Part shown: piece by piece, positions 39,501 to 54,500 of the stretch | Position numbering within the stretch: the first letter of the stretch is position 1 | Layout of the letters: every line of letters starts with the position of its first letter | DNA from: Perna viridis | Taxonomy: Eukaryota | Direction of reading: 5' to 3' | Length of the DNA: 64,000 nt | NCBI GenBank assembly: GCA_037379345.1 | Contig: CM074520.1 | Location: forward strand, 8,680,001 to 8,744,000 | Notes under the pieces: model-generated | The model's database searches: none | Told to the model about the DNA's origin: nothing | What the model saw: only the letters and a program-made list of their open reading frames with translations | Translations under genes and position numbers: made by a program

Positions 39501-42500
39501 ATGTCACCTGTATTAAAAATTCCTTTTTCTATACCAGTTTAATTTGTGGTTTACATACCCCACACAATGAATATGGCATAATCAGACTGTAATACCTCCT
39601 CATTACAGAAATCCTTAACAACTTCTAACTGACAAAGTTGTGCAGTATTTTAAAAACCAAAAAACTGTCTTCATAATTTCCTTTCTCTTTTATTTTTAGC
39701 TAGATACTATGAGATAGAATATGTTTTAGTGGGCTCCAATGTAAATTAATAAAATCTAGTGAACACTTATTTTGACAGTGTGTATGTCACCCACCACTTC
39801 ATTTCTAAAGTCTGGATATGATTTATACAAATATAAAATGCAACCAAAAAAAAAAGAGAAGAAAATTTTTACCTCAAGTTCTACTTTGAAGGTCAGGGTC
39901 ACCAAACACTGTTTTGGATTATCTTTCCACATGTCAAATATATCAATAGCCAATTTTGAAAGACAAAATAAAAGAACAGTGTTCCAATGTCGCTCAAAAA
40001 AAAAAATGTGGAAAACTTAACATTCACTGAAATTTTGTAAGTCCAAGGGCCATAACTTCCATAAAAATCAATCAACCATAACCAAACTGGAACTAAATCT
40101 GTAACTTCTCATACTAAGACTACATACAAAATATAAAATCATTTGGTAAAAGCATAACAAAAAAAGTGCGGAAAACTGTAAATTCATTGAAATTTTCTAA
40201 GTCCAAGGGCCATAACTTCCATAAAAATCATTCAACCATAACCAAATTCAAACTTAATCTGTAAATCTTCACAGTAAGACTACATAAAAAATATAAAATC
40301 AATTGGTAAAAGCATTCCAAAAAAAAGTGAGGAAAACTAAATTCACCGAAATTTTCTAAGTCCAAGGGCCACAACTTCTGTAAAAATCATTCAACCATAA
40401 CCAAAGTAAATCTTAATCTGTAACTCTTCATAATAAGGCCATATACCCAAAACAAACTCATTTGGTAAAAGCATAACAAAAAAAAAATGTGGAAAACGCG
40501 GCCGGACAGACAGATGGATGGATTGACAGACACCCGGCATTTCCATGTACCCTCACGATGCGTTGCGGGGGACAAAAATAACAGCTTGGACAAATTTTGT
40601 TACATCAAAAAAGTAAGAAACACAAAACTTTACTATAAGGTCATAATTCAGGATCCTGTACCCAATGCATCCTCTTGAGGAAATATCAAAGCCTATCTCG
40701 AAAGACTAAACTAATACAGCCTGGACAGGATTATTTACATTCAAAAACAAAAACAAAAATCTTCAGGCTGTTATATCAAAGTGAATTTTGAAAGACAACA
40801 AAGTTACACCTCTGACAAGATTGGTTCACTATAAGGTGTCAAACATTTTATAATTAACAATTAATTTTTAGTTAATTTCTTTCATCCATTACATGTATAT
40901 TTTAAGCAAACCATGGAAATAAAAACATAAGTTGACTATTTAGTCTATACTACAGACAACAAACAATATGTAGATATTGTAGATCAAATAAATTCCTACA
41001 TTTCACATACAGTAATAAACCAGCTGGAATTTCCAATTTCCAACAATATTGGCCTCTAAGCTATTGGAATTAAACGCAACAGTTGGTCTGTAAATTAAAG
41101 TTAGAAAATGTTTCTACCTCAGACTGATGCACTTTCTGCCCCTGGTCATCAATAGACTCTCAATCAGGTTCAAATAACATAATATTGACACAGACATGTA
41201 GCTTTTATCAAAACTTAATTCGGTAAATTTCTCCCGAGAAGATATGATTGATTATGATGTTTTAATGAAACATTGCAGTACAATTATCTCCGTGAAGTGA
41301 TATGACGGCCTGGAATCGTGCAGAATTTGACATGCTTCATAACGCCGCAGCAACTGCTAAGTTTATTTTAGCTTTAGAGATATTAATGTGGTTTAATCAA
41401 GGTTTAATAATGTATGATCCATAACTTTGATAGTCTTTGAATCGTCAAGGCTATGCTATTCATGCATTGCCAGGTACAGTGGTTGTTTAGAACAGTCGCC
41501 TTTCGAGTCTTGCAGAACTGGTGATGCTTTAAATTGTCAAGGCAATGTGCAGCATTAATGTATTCTGGGTGGTTTTAATGAAGCAAGGTTCACTTAGATG
41601 TTTCTAGCTGTGGCTATCTAATAAGGCTTCTGTTGAATCTGATTTCACTTTGGTTATGGGAGAGCACAAATTAAACAAGTAACCTTGTCTCACAGTTTAT
41701 GTTTTGCATGTAGTTACAGATTACATGTAGTTTACTTTCTAATAAGTCTGAGAAATACATTCATTAGTACTGTTATATATTTAGAATTCCCATGAAATTT
41801 AATGCAAGACATGGAAAGGTGAATGTATTATATAGAATTTACTGAAACCAAAATACCTGTATTTAACACATACTGTGAAAGTACTGTTGTTCCTGGGATA
41901 CCAATTCTCGTGGTTTTCATAGGTAGGTCGAACCACGAAATTTGGTTCCCAATGAAAAGGAGATTTCCATAAATATATTAACTGAAAACTTCAAAATTCG
42001 CGAATTCAAGAATCCACAAACTTGTGTTTCTTCCCTAATCCAAGAAAATTAGTATCCATGAATTAAAGTATGTTCACAGTACACCAATACCTTCTGTGCA
42101 GCATTGATTTACTATGCATAAGTGCATACTGATATATTAAAGACTTAAATTTCAAATTCAGTTGTTAAAAAGTAACCAAAGCTTGCCTTTAGCAACTTGC
42201 CAGAAGCCACAACTAGTAAAAAAGATTTGAGCTAGTGAATTGTTTTCATTGTCTTAGGCTAGTTGAAGTGTATAGGTTTACACTGATAGTATATATTTGA
42301 GCTACATGTAATCTTGAAAATTTTCAAGAAATGACCCTAGAGACATAAATAGCATTTACATTGGTCTTTGATGGTATAAATGACTTGTTTTAACTTCTCC
42401 AAATATTCTTCCAAGGGTGGCAGTAAAAATCCCTTACACCTAAAATTTACTATGGTATGATCCAACTTACTTGTAAGAACACATAGCAGGAACAGGTACT

Positions 42501-45500
42501 CTGTGTAGGAAATAATGCCTGAAAAAACAAAAATAAATAATGCAAATCTGTAAACTGGATACTATTAGTTAAAGTTCAGAACATATTTTCTCTGACTTTC
42601 ACTGCTTTTGCCTTCCCTACTCCTATGAATCCTAAGATGGTCTTTATCTCAGGATCTGTATCCCTTGTTTTGTTGGACTTATTTGTTTTATCTGCTAAAA
42701 TACACCCCCATTGAGCATTTCCTCTATTGATAAACATGCAATAATGTCGCAATAATTAATCCATCCTAATCTTACATTTAAGAAGATTGTTTTCCTATCT
42801 TTCGCCTTCCACCCACCTAAAGCTTATTTTCTCCAACTTAATGTAATTATTGCATGACATGGACGTTACAATCTTGAAGTCTACAATTCAACCATTCAAT
42901 GATTTAAGACCTTGATTTCCATGAAATTAGACTCTGAATGGAAAACACAAGTTTAAAATCTAATGCATTTTCAAAATGAGTTAAATGGAAAGATTTACGC
43001 ATTATCAATTACCAGAACTCCTACACTATCTTTTTACAATTCTGATCGGAACAACATGGCTATATTAATGCCAGTTGAGTATCTGTTTGGCACCAATATT
43101 GTACCACAGTAACTTATCTCAATACCAGTCACAAAAATTAGCAGCTATATCTTCATTAAAAACCCATTTTTATCTGTCTTTAAAATGCATTTCATCCATT
43201 AATCTGCATCTACATGTATAAAAATACATTCATCAAAGATATGAATGGTTATGTTGAGTATCAAAATGCAGAATAAAAGTGCTTCTATAGTGAAATAGGA
43301 TATGGTAGGTTTGAAGAACAAATTGTAACTATAATAAGCAGAGTTAGAAATAGTAGCCTGTCCACCAGCCCGTGACTGACTATTTTTTGGCAGGGCTGGC
43401 TAATTTTAGCAAAAATTTATATAGCCATATAGTAAATATATTGAAAAATTGTATTCAGGACTGGCTAGAATTTGAGTGAGTTTCCTACCCTGCAATAAGC
43501 AGCACATAATTGTGAGCATAATATATTTTAGAACTTCATAAAGAACCTACAACTCTTCAGGCCTCCAATTCATAAAAGAAGGTCCATTCTTCATCAGAAA
43601 CCAAGTTTAAGACTAATTCCTCTAATTTAAAAAATTCTTTTTGAAGACCTAGCAATTTTAAATAAAAATTAAAACAAAACCTAAGCCTTTTAGTTGCTGT
43701 TTCAATTATCTGATTATTTGAAAGATTTAAACTACCCGGTACACAATGACAAAAGATGTTAATTTTACCCCATAGGCATCAATTGATTAGCACCTCATAA
43801 GGAATGGGCAACTGACTGAACAATTAGGTACAAGTTATATTGTAAGGAGATAGGCCACAAATACATGTAGAGCAGTTAAGCTGCTGAGGCTGACGAATTA
43901 TTAGCTACAAAGCACCTTAAGAACTGTTCAGCTGAAGCACAGACAATGATGACATTTACCATCAATTCTCCCATCATGAATCAGACCTTAGTCATACAAA
44001 GCTACTTAAACTTGTTAACACTTGTTTAAAGGAACAACAAAAGTTCACATTTCTGACCACCAACGAGCTTAGTGCATCAACTGTTACCCCCCTTCTAATT
44101 AAGATTCTATATGATTAATTACCCCCTCGCTCCAACCGTCTATTATACCAACCCTCTGAATGGTTTCCTCACCATTGTAGCCTGCCAAGTACTTCAACCA
44201 AACTTATAAATTGTTGAAAAATTGAAAAGATTTTCACCATAGAGAGGTAAGGGGACATCATTTATCAATCGGTATAACAATACAAATCACATTAAGATTG
44301 TTTATTTATCATTGCAAATAATACGCTATTTCAATATCATTAAAAGTTTGGCTACAAATAAAAGACGAGTGATTTCTTTTGAAGTACTTGTCTTTAAGTC
44401 AGACTTTTCTGTTTGAGGTAAAGAGCTGCAAAAGCCAGATTATGAAGGTAATTATTATTGAACACAAATAATTTGGGAGAATTTATGCAACCTACCACAG
44501 TGGCCTCCCCCAAACCACCAACGATTATTTTCTATTTCACTGCCGAGAGAAACTCATGTATAACTTAATACACGGTATTTTTTTTTTTTAATTTTTAGCT
44601 TACAAAGATGAACTTTTTGATGTAGAAGTCTTGCATGTTACATTTTTTGTGTTCTAAATACAGTCAAAAGATTTCATCTGACTGCCAATATCTTTTACTC
44701 ATCCTTTGTGTTTCATAAACAGAAATTCATCTTTTTGCTTGAGGACCAAGGATATAAAAAAAACAAAAAGAACTGATATAAAGCATTCCTTGTCTTATAT
44801 ATTAACAATTTATACCACCCAACTGTTAAGGGAAATGAAATAACAGAAAAATTTGAAACTCTTGACATACATGTACAAAAATCACAATTATACAATTAAC
44901 AAATTTATATCCACCAAGTTTCTGACACCTTACAATGGCCATAAAACAAGCCCTGTCATCATCATGGACGGCACATGGCAAGTATTGTTAACTTCCACAA
45001 TAGGCAATCCACTAATCTACACATCTGCTCTCTGAATCTGTCCATTCAAAAAAATGGAGGGAAACCCAAAGTGTCCCAGGATTGAGGTAGGACCATTTAT
45101 TATTTCTTTTATGTGTTTAGAACATTTTAGTCATTTAAATGTACTGTTAACTCTTTCCAGGAATGTACCGGTATTTTATTGTCAAATAACAGGACTTCTT
45201 AGAAATAAAAAAAAAACATAAAAAATAAGATGACCTACATTGATGTATTTTTTAAGTAAATAACTACATGTACTTGAGATTAAATAATTCAATATCTATA
45301 TAACAATGCTATCCCTTCGAAAATAAAAATTTAGTTGCAGGAGTTTTCTTCAATCACAATTAAAAAAAATGCTTTACATCATGTTAAGTTGTAACCATGC
45401 AATGCTCCTCTTAAAACACTTCAAAAATATATTTAGAAAATTTATCACATTTATTCTGTTTTTTAAAACTTTTAAACTGATTATAAAAAGTTCTGTATTT

Positions 45501-48500
45501 AGTTCTTAACTTATCTTCATATTGTACATAGTTACATTTAGAAACTTTAATCCATTCTAAGAAACACAATTAAGACTATTACATCATCATCAAATTATTC
45601 TAATTCCTTAAACCTTCATTTATTTTAACACTGTAAGCAGAGATTCCAAACACTTTCTAACAATGATTTTATCTTTTAATCTAGGATAATTCAATCAATC
45701 CCCATTACTTAAACACAGATGACAAAACCTGTGATTTACCTATATAAACTGAAGTAATTACCTAATACCTGGATTAATTATTACAACATAATAAACATCC
45801 AAGCCCATCATAAATATACTAATGTGATTAGCACTAATGAGTTAATGAGATCATACAGTTGTCAAACACACAGATTTTCTGAATTTTCAACATTACATTC
45901 TCATCATTGTTATGAAGCTATGAAATATTTTAAACACCTGTAAAGGTGTGAAATTAATTATTTATTTTTGTATTTTCACTTGTTTAAAAATATTTAATTA
46001 TTACAAAGTGTGACATATTTGTTGACATTCTACATTAATTATTGCTACTGACAACTGGGAACCCTAAGTCATCAGTGCAATAATCCTCAAATAAAATATC
46101 CATCAACAAGTTTTTACCCATGCATGTTAAAAAAAAAACACAATAATATTTATTCACAAACAAATATGGTATAATTTTGTCAAATTTAACTGACACAAAA
46201 TGATCTTACCCTAAATTTAACTTCAAGAACAAAACATGTTATTTTCAAGTTGAGTCATTGCTATCCCCTGAAATGTTGAAGTTCAGTCAAATATTTGAAG
46301 TTAGTACATGTTTTTAATTAAATTATCACTTGTAGAATTTTTAATATCCTAACAACCTTTTGTTAACCTTCATTAATATTGTTTCTACATCATTGTTACC
46401 TTTTACTTGCCTTTTCTACCAATTTTATAGCAAATATCTTATTCTCAATCCATCATGTTTTGTAGAAGTTATTTTCCCTTATTCTGCCAATCAGATTGAC
46501 CTTGCCTACTACCATATACTTTATAGTGACTATCTTGTTTCTTTATTCTGCCAATCAGATTGACCTTGCCTACTACCATATACTTTATAGTGACTATCTT
46601 GTTTCTTTATTCTGATTTATCAGACTGACCTTGCCTATCAGCATTTATCGTTTTATAATAATTATCTCCCCTTTTCTGACTCATCAGATTGACCATGCCA
46701 ATCTGAATAAAACCTATACATGTATTTATGCTTTATAGTAATTATCTCCCTTTTTCTGACTTATCAGTCTGACATCGCCTAGCCTGGTGCCCTACAGTGT
46801 TCTAAGTCTCTCATCATCCTGATATGTTTTGCTGTAATTAACATACCATTAACTTCTCAATTAACATCAAGTTATGAGCATTCAACAAAGAAGATCAAAG
46901 CTGACAGCCATCTCACTCATCAGAAACACTTACTATACCATCTTTCACTACTATATCTTCAATAGTTTTCTCACTCTTTAGTGGTCCTATCAATTAAGTG
47001 GCACAGTAGTTTTTCTTCTGAAGAGTTTAAGACTTCAGAGTATAATGACTTAAAGGTAACCACATTAGAATGTTTTATCAACTATAAAAATAATCAGATC
47101 GTCATGATAATTTAGATTTTTTTCATCATTTAAGAGACAGCTCAAATTTTTAATGCTTTCATTGGCTTCACCTAACATCCCAAACTGTTTAAATAGAAGC
47201 AAGTACTTAAAGGTTTTGAACCTTAAATTAGTCACTGATTTGATTAATTTCTCATCACATTAACATGAACTACTTGCATTAAAATAAGAGCAGACTAGCT
47301 TCAGTAATGTTGGCAAAAAAAACAAAAAAAACAAAACAACCCTAAAATGAGACACCTTTCATAGATATGTCAGTCAAATGTTGAAGTCTTACATTAAAGT
47401 TGGTCCTTCAGGGCATCTTCATAAAAAGGCTAGGCCTTTATAGGACATCCTTATCACAATAAAATAGGTCTTTTAGGGTATGGTAGGATAAAGACATTAT
47501 AAAAAGTTACATAAGCTAATGATTTTACATCTTTTTAAACAAAACCAGTCAGGTCTAATCCTCAATACAGGTGGCAAAATCTTTAGTACACCAAAACCTG
47601 TCTATAGAATACTCTTTGATGCATTCAAGCACCCCTAAAAAGTGATCAAAATTAGCTTCAAAAGTAATGATTCTGTGTAACACTTCCATTACCTGTCAAG
47701 GATTCTGTCTGATCAATTCAGCAAACTAAATTACCATCAACAGTAATGGTTTCATTCTCTCTGTCTGCTGTAGCTTTTACTGATCTAAATTAGTAAATTA
47801 GCATCACAAGTTCCAATTCTGTGCAACAATTTCATCAAAAACCATCTGCATATGTAATTGACCTGTATTACTGAAGTGTACTTTATGTACTCCTGGTTTG
47901 GGGAGTTCATGTGACTAAAATAACTTTCCCTTGACTTAGATATCTAATACAGGTATCTCCAAAGTCCAGGTAGTGACTGGTTGATCATGGCAAAATTCTT
48001 CCTATGAATATACCTTGTGTGAAAAATCCTAATTCAAGTAACCTTTGCTGGTATAAAAATACAGCAGATTAAAAATGTGGATGGCTTCTGGGTGATATCT
48101 AAAGAGGGCCAGTATTCAATCATTTGGTAAGGCTGTTGTGACTTCTGAGTAACCACAAGTGGATAAAACCTCTGCCTAATTCTGATAAAGACTTGTCTTA
48201 AAATTTGTACACTATGTCTAGTTATTGGGAAGGACACTTCTAAATTCCCATGTGTATACTCCTATCAACCAAACACCAGTGTATCCGAAAAATATTCCAA
48301 GCCAAAGTAATTTCTATGACCCATGCCTTATCTCTGTGAAGACCAGCAGGTAATTAGCGTGATAATGATGATGATATTTCAGAGTAAACACCAGTCTGGG
48401 TGGCTGTCTGACTACTGGCAGTATAATGAGGGCTGCACATCAACACTTCACACAGGATCAAACAATGATGTTTATAGGAATTACAAAATCAACCTGTCAA

Positions 48501-51500
48501 TTGTTGATACAGTGAAATAAGACTTCAATATCCCAAAACAGTCAAATACCAGATCAATCTGTTAGAAGACTTCAATACCTTGGATCTCAGAAATAGTAGA
48601 GGAAACTTAAGGCTCAGTATTACTAAAACAGGAGGGTAAACTTTAGACACTGAATCTCTCAAATAGCAGTACATTATATGGCTCAATTTTACCTTTCTTC
48701 TCCTTTTACACTTACTGGTGGGGTTGTTACCGCTTTGACAAATCTTCCTGTTTTAATACCTAGAACCACAGCAATAGAAGGAGAAATTTCAGTCTTAGAG
48801 TGGCTAAAGTAGCAAAAATTGGTAAGGATTCATTACCTTCTGTAGGTCTTAAGAAATAGCGAGAGTTCCAGTTAAGGATTCATTACCTTCTGTAGGTCTT
48901 AAGAAATAGCGGGAGTTCCAGTTAAGGATTCATTACCTTCTGTAGGTCTTGAAAAATAGCGGGAGTTCCAGTTAAGGATTCATTACCTTCTGTAGGTCTT
49001 AAGGATTCATTACCTTCTGTAGGTATTTAGAAATAGCGGGAGTTACAGTTAAGGATTCATTATCTTCTGTAGGTCTTAAGGATTCATTACCTTCTGTAGG
49101 TATTTAGAAATAGAGAGAGTTCCAGTTAAGGATTCATTACCTTCTGTAGGTCTTAAGGATTCATTACCTTCTGTAGATCTTAAGAAATAGCGGGAGTTAC
49201 AGTTAAGGATTCATTATCTTCTGTAGGTCTTAAGGATTCATTACCTTCTGTAGGTATTTAGAAATAGAGAGAGTTCCAGTTAAGGATTCATTACCTTCTG
49301 TAGGTCTTAAGAAATAGCGAGAGTTCCAGTTAAGGATTCATTATCTTCTGTAGGTCTTAAGAAATAGTGGGAGTTCCTGTTAAGGATTCATTACCTTCTG
49401 TAGGTCTTAAGAAATAGTGGGAGTTCCAGTTAAGGATTCATTATCTTCTGTAGGTCTTAAGGATTCATTACCTTCTGTAGGTATTTAGAAATAGCGGGAG
49501 TTACAGTTAAGGATTCATTATCTTCTGTAGGTCTTAAGGATTCATTACCTTCTGTAGGTATTTAGAAATAGAGAGAGTTCCAGTTAAGGATTCATTACCT
49601 TCTGTAGGTCTTAAGGATTCATTACCTTCTGTAGATCTTAAGAAATAGCGGGAGTTACAGTTAAGGATTCATTATCTTCTGTAGGTCTTAAGGATTCATT
49701 ACCTTCTGTAGGTATTTAGAAATAGAGAGAGTTCCAGTTAAGGATTCATTACCTTCTGTAGGTCTTAAGAAATAGCGGGAGTTCCAGTTAAGGATTCATT
49801 ACCTTCTGTAGGTCTTAAGAAATAGCGGGAGTTCCAGTTAAGGATTCATTACCTTCTGTAGGTCTTAAGAAATAGTGGGAGTTCCAGTTAAGGATTCATT
49901 ACCTTCTGTAGGTCTTAAGGATTCATTACCTTCTGTAGGTATTTAGAAATAGCGGGAGTTACAGTTAAGGATTCATTATCTTCTGTAGGTCTTAAGGATT
50001 CATTACCTTCTGTAGGTCTTAAGAAATAGTGGGAGTTCCAGTTAAGGATTCATTACCTTCTGTAGGTCTTAAGGATTCATTACCTTCTGTAGGTCCTAAG
50101 AAATAGCGGGAGTTACAGTTAAGGATTCATTACCTTCTGTAGGTCTTAAGAAATAGCGGGAGTTCCAGTTAAGGATTCATTACCTTCTGTAGGTCTTAAG
50201 AAATAGTGGGAGTTCCAGTTAAGGATTCATTACCTTCTGTAGGTCTTAAGGATTCATTACCTTCTGTAGGTATTTAGAAATAGCGGGAGTTACAGTTAAG
50301 GATTCATTATCTTCTGTAGGTCTTAAGGATTCATTACCTTCTGTAGGTCTTAAGGATTCATTACCTTCTGTAGGTCTTAAGAAATAGTGGGAGTTCCAGT
50401 TAAGGATTCATTACCTTCTGTAGGTCTTAAGGATTCATTACCTTCTGTAGGTCCTAAGAAATAGCGGGAGTTACAGTTAAGGATTCATTACCTTCTGTAG
50501 GTCTCAAGAAATAGCAAGAGTTCCAGTTAAGGATTCATTACCTTCTGAAGGTCTTAAGGATTCATTACCTTCTGTAGGTATTAAGAAATAGCGGGAGTTA
50601 CAGTATCATTGAAATAGTGACAAATAACATTATAAGATTTCAATACAGGTCATTCCGATGTAAGGTGACAATGAAATAGCAAATACTCATTCCTCAGTTT
50701 GAAATAGCAGAAAACTCTCATTATGTGGTAACACTAAAATAGCAGCATATTCTGATAAAATTCCACTAGCATAGCAAGTTCCACTTAAACATCAGAAATT
50801 CGTACATCAATTCTACTAAAATAGCAGGAGATTCTTTAATAACTGTCAACACTACAATAACTGAAAAAATCTGTGATCAATGAATTTTCTCTTACTTTAT
50901 TTATGATTTGAAGCATTCCACTTCATGTCAAGCAGACTTCATTGAATCTTAAGTGACAAAAAAAGACCATTATCATTATCATCCAGGATGGACATTGACT
51001 GCTTTTTATTTCCTTCTGAAACCAGAAAGATGGAATTTATTTACTTCCTATTGAAATTAAGACCCTTTAAAAAAAGCTAATATGCACCCCTAGTTCAATT
51101 GGTAAAACAAATATAACAGTTTTCTGAACCTCACACCTACTATAATCTTTACCTATAGGCATTTCTATACATCAATCATGTTATTTCTCTCAGTAAAACA
51201 TATGTAAGTCTGATGTCCTGAGGATTGAAATACTGTTTATTTTAGCTTAGTAGATCTCAACATCATGTTAAGTCAAAAAGGTTCACTTTTAATTTTGTTT
51301 ATATTGACTAAAATCAACAAAGATAAACATCTATATGGTTTAAACAGACCATACTAAGGATTTCTAGCCTGCTAGAGCAGCTGGATAAAACATGGATGGT
51401 TTAATTATTTAGTATAGGTTTCTAGAAAGTAAGATGGTGGTTACTGGTGCATAAGATTTTTAAGATGTTTTTTTTTTTCTTTGAATGAAGATTTCCTTTC

Positions 51501-54500
51501 TTACCCCCAACAGCTTTTATAACAGTAGTTTCTACTAAATGCCACTTCATTTAATTCAATCATTGCAGCTTTAGCAAAAGGTATATAATGTGGTGTTATT
51601 TATTTTTTGTGGGTGTCCATTTCACTGGTTAGAGGTAAAAGGATGAGTAGTACTATTTATGTCGGTAGTCTAGAACTAATAATCCACAGTGATTGATAAC
51701 TTTAACCTTTTAGTACTTTTATTCAAGTTAGATATAAAGTCCTCCTAATTTACAGAAAAACGAGCTGTCAAAGTATCTGGTACATAATTGAATGCCTTAA
51801 ACGACTGCACTGAATCTTGGTTAAAATATCTGTATTATTAGTTCTAAAATGTTGTTATTACCATTCATAACTCAACAGTACCAATCATTCAAAACTCTTA
51901 TAGTAACCTAGGCTCAAGTTAAAATGTCAATGAGGCAAAAACTGTACTTGGGTTTAAATTCAGATGAGGTTTTTTCCAGGAAGAGCCCTTGGATACTATA
52001 GGCATTTTCCCATGTGTTCCTGCATTTATCTTCTTGCTTACAATTCAAATTAATCATGTTTACGTCAGAAGTCAAACTCTTTAATAAATGATTGAACCAA
52101 TAACTAAACAACAAAAGGCAAAATAATGACTTCATAACTCTGAGATCAACATAACAAGATATGTAGTGAATATTGATAACTTTGATACCACTGAAATACT
52201 GATACTGCTCAAACAGCCTTGCACCTGCAGAAGAAAAACTCTTCTTCAAGGGTCATGTCACATCAGTAGCCTCACCTCTACAAACTAAAAAACTACCAAA
52301 AATCAAAGATCATTTATCAAATGATATTTCAAATTTCTCTTTAAACTTTGAGTATATCAAGGTGAAGAACACAAGATGGAAGATACTGAGTTGTGATTAT
52401 AGGCCAAAATAACTCATAATTGATTTTATAGTACAAAAAAGTTACAAAATTGCTTCAAACCGTATACATGCCTTTAAAGAGGAATTGTAAACAGAGAAAA
52501 AATAGCCAGTCCACATATAATGTTTGCTATTTAACACTTGCAATCTTTACACATTTTTGATTTCCTAGCAAAGTCATAAATTCTCTTAGACCTCCTGAAA
52601 CTGAAATTGAAATGGACCTCAATTTTCTGGCAGGAAGAATTGTTTCTGGTATCTAAGCACAAGCAGGGCTAATATGAAAGGTCACTGACCTCAATTTAGT
52701 AAAATGTGCAAGAAATGATGGCAATACAATTTAACCATAGCCCTAAATCCCTCATGGATGTAATCAATAGGTATCCTACAGACACATCAAATGGTACTTA
52801 AAAGCTTATTCTGAGCATTAAAATAATTCAAAAAGAGATCTTCTTTTGACTTAACAAAGTATAAAGCATGGAATTCCAACTGCCAATGTGTCTAGACAGA
52901 ACAGGTGTGATAGTACCATCTGTAAAAAGGTTACTATAGTTTGAGTCTATGCCAAACTAGTAGCTTAGAAGACCGTTAATCATCTTCACCATCTTATAAA
53001 CATTTATCGTCTATCTAAAATAAATATCACAGTGATAGAGTTCATATCTAAGATACAATTCTGATTAGTGTTACAACACTTTGGCACTGGTGCTTATGTA
53101 CAAAAGTGCTTGGCACACAAGTCCTATCATACATAATTCAGGGGTTAAACATGGGGTAGGTCATGTGCTTCATGTTTGCTTTATTAACACAATGAGATCA
53201 CATTCAAGTTGTGAAATGGACATAGAGTATGTACTCACTCAATACAAGTTTTTGGGCTTTAAGAATGGAATAGGTCATAACTTCAAGGCCATAAAAATAT
53301 CTACACCCCAGATTTTATATCTGAGATCATATATTCCTGGAATCAATACTTTTTATCATACATGTTTTTGGTCATTGCCTATGTCTTCTAATACTTTTGT
53401 ATGGGTGCTAAGTACTTTTTTGATCTTCGTATCATTCTGTTTAATATAAATACATGTATTAACAAGGACTTGTGCTTGGAAGCTTAGTATGTTCCTGGTA
53501 CATGAATTGTCACCAGGGATAAACATAGTAAGTACTTGTATCAAGTAGAACTTATTGATGGGCATTAGGTACATAATATCAACTGGTTAACAAAGTGCAT
53601 TTAAATATTAGCAGTTATGATATTAAATTTTGAAATGCAAATTCATCACTTTAATGGAAAAGTTTTATCAAAACTTTGCACAACATATACTCTTGAATGG
53701 TCATTAAAATGCAAAATTGATCTTCAAAATAGATTGGCAGACTTTGGTGCTGTTTGAAGTAAAGTGTCCAAAATATACTTGATATTCAATTCTGGGTGAT
53801 TATTCTAAGTTTGTAAATATATATCCATATACATTCTTGTTAAAGCCATGACAATTATATGGGAAAAGAGTTGCTGATAATACCACACTGTGTTTGAACA
53901 TGACCCTGAATATCTTGTGCTTTGTTTATTCTCAAATTTACATGTTCTTGTTTTTAATCATGTCCCAAAGATATCAAAGCTAATAGGAGATGAAATGTCA
54001 TTAAGGCCAAGATCCAACTCAATAATTTTTTCAAAAGGACAGGATGCTTACCCTACCAGTGCACCTGGTCCATGCTCCCAGTTTTTAGTGGAGTCAGTGT
54101 TGCCCATTTACTTTTGTTACTTTGTATGTATTATTTTAGTTACTTTATGTTCTTTGTTGTGTTTGTCGGTTTTCCATGTCTAGTCTTCATCCCTGGATTA
54201 CATTCTTTTGATTTACCCTAGAGTCTTGGATCCCTATCATCTGAATATAGCTGAAATATTGCTGCTCGGACGTTAAACCCCAACAAACAAACAAACTTGG
54301 ATCCCTTGATTACTCTTTCAAATATAATTTTAAAAATGATGATCCAAATTTTATTTTTATGTACATGTAAGTACCTGAATAAATATAGTTAAGGCCAAAA
54401 AAAATATATATTTGTTTCTAGCTATCCTTCTTAACCCCATATTTTTTATAGCTTACCTTAACCATTTATGACAAATTTAGCTCAAGCACTGTTCAAGTCT

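Noticed and set aside
48823-50604. CRISPR-like look (27-bp repeat alternating with 23-bp segment)
   Set aside because: The 'spacers' are themselves near-identical repeats and are often missing. There are no cas genes and the context is a eukaryotic intron.
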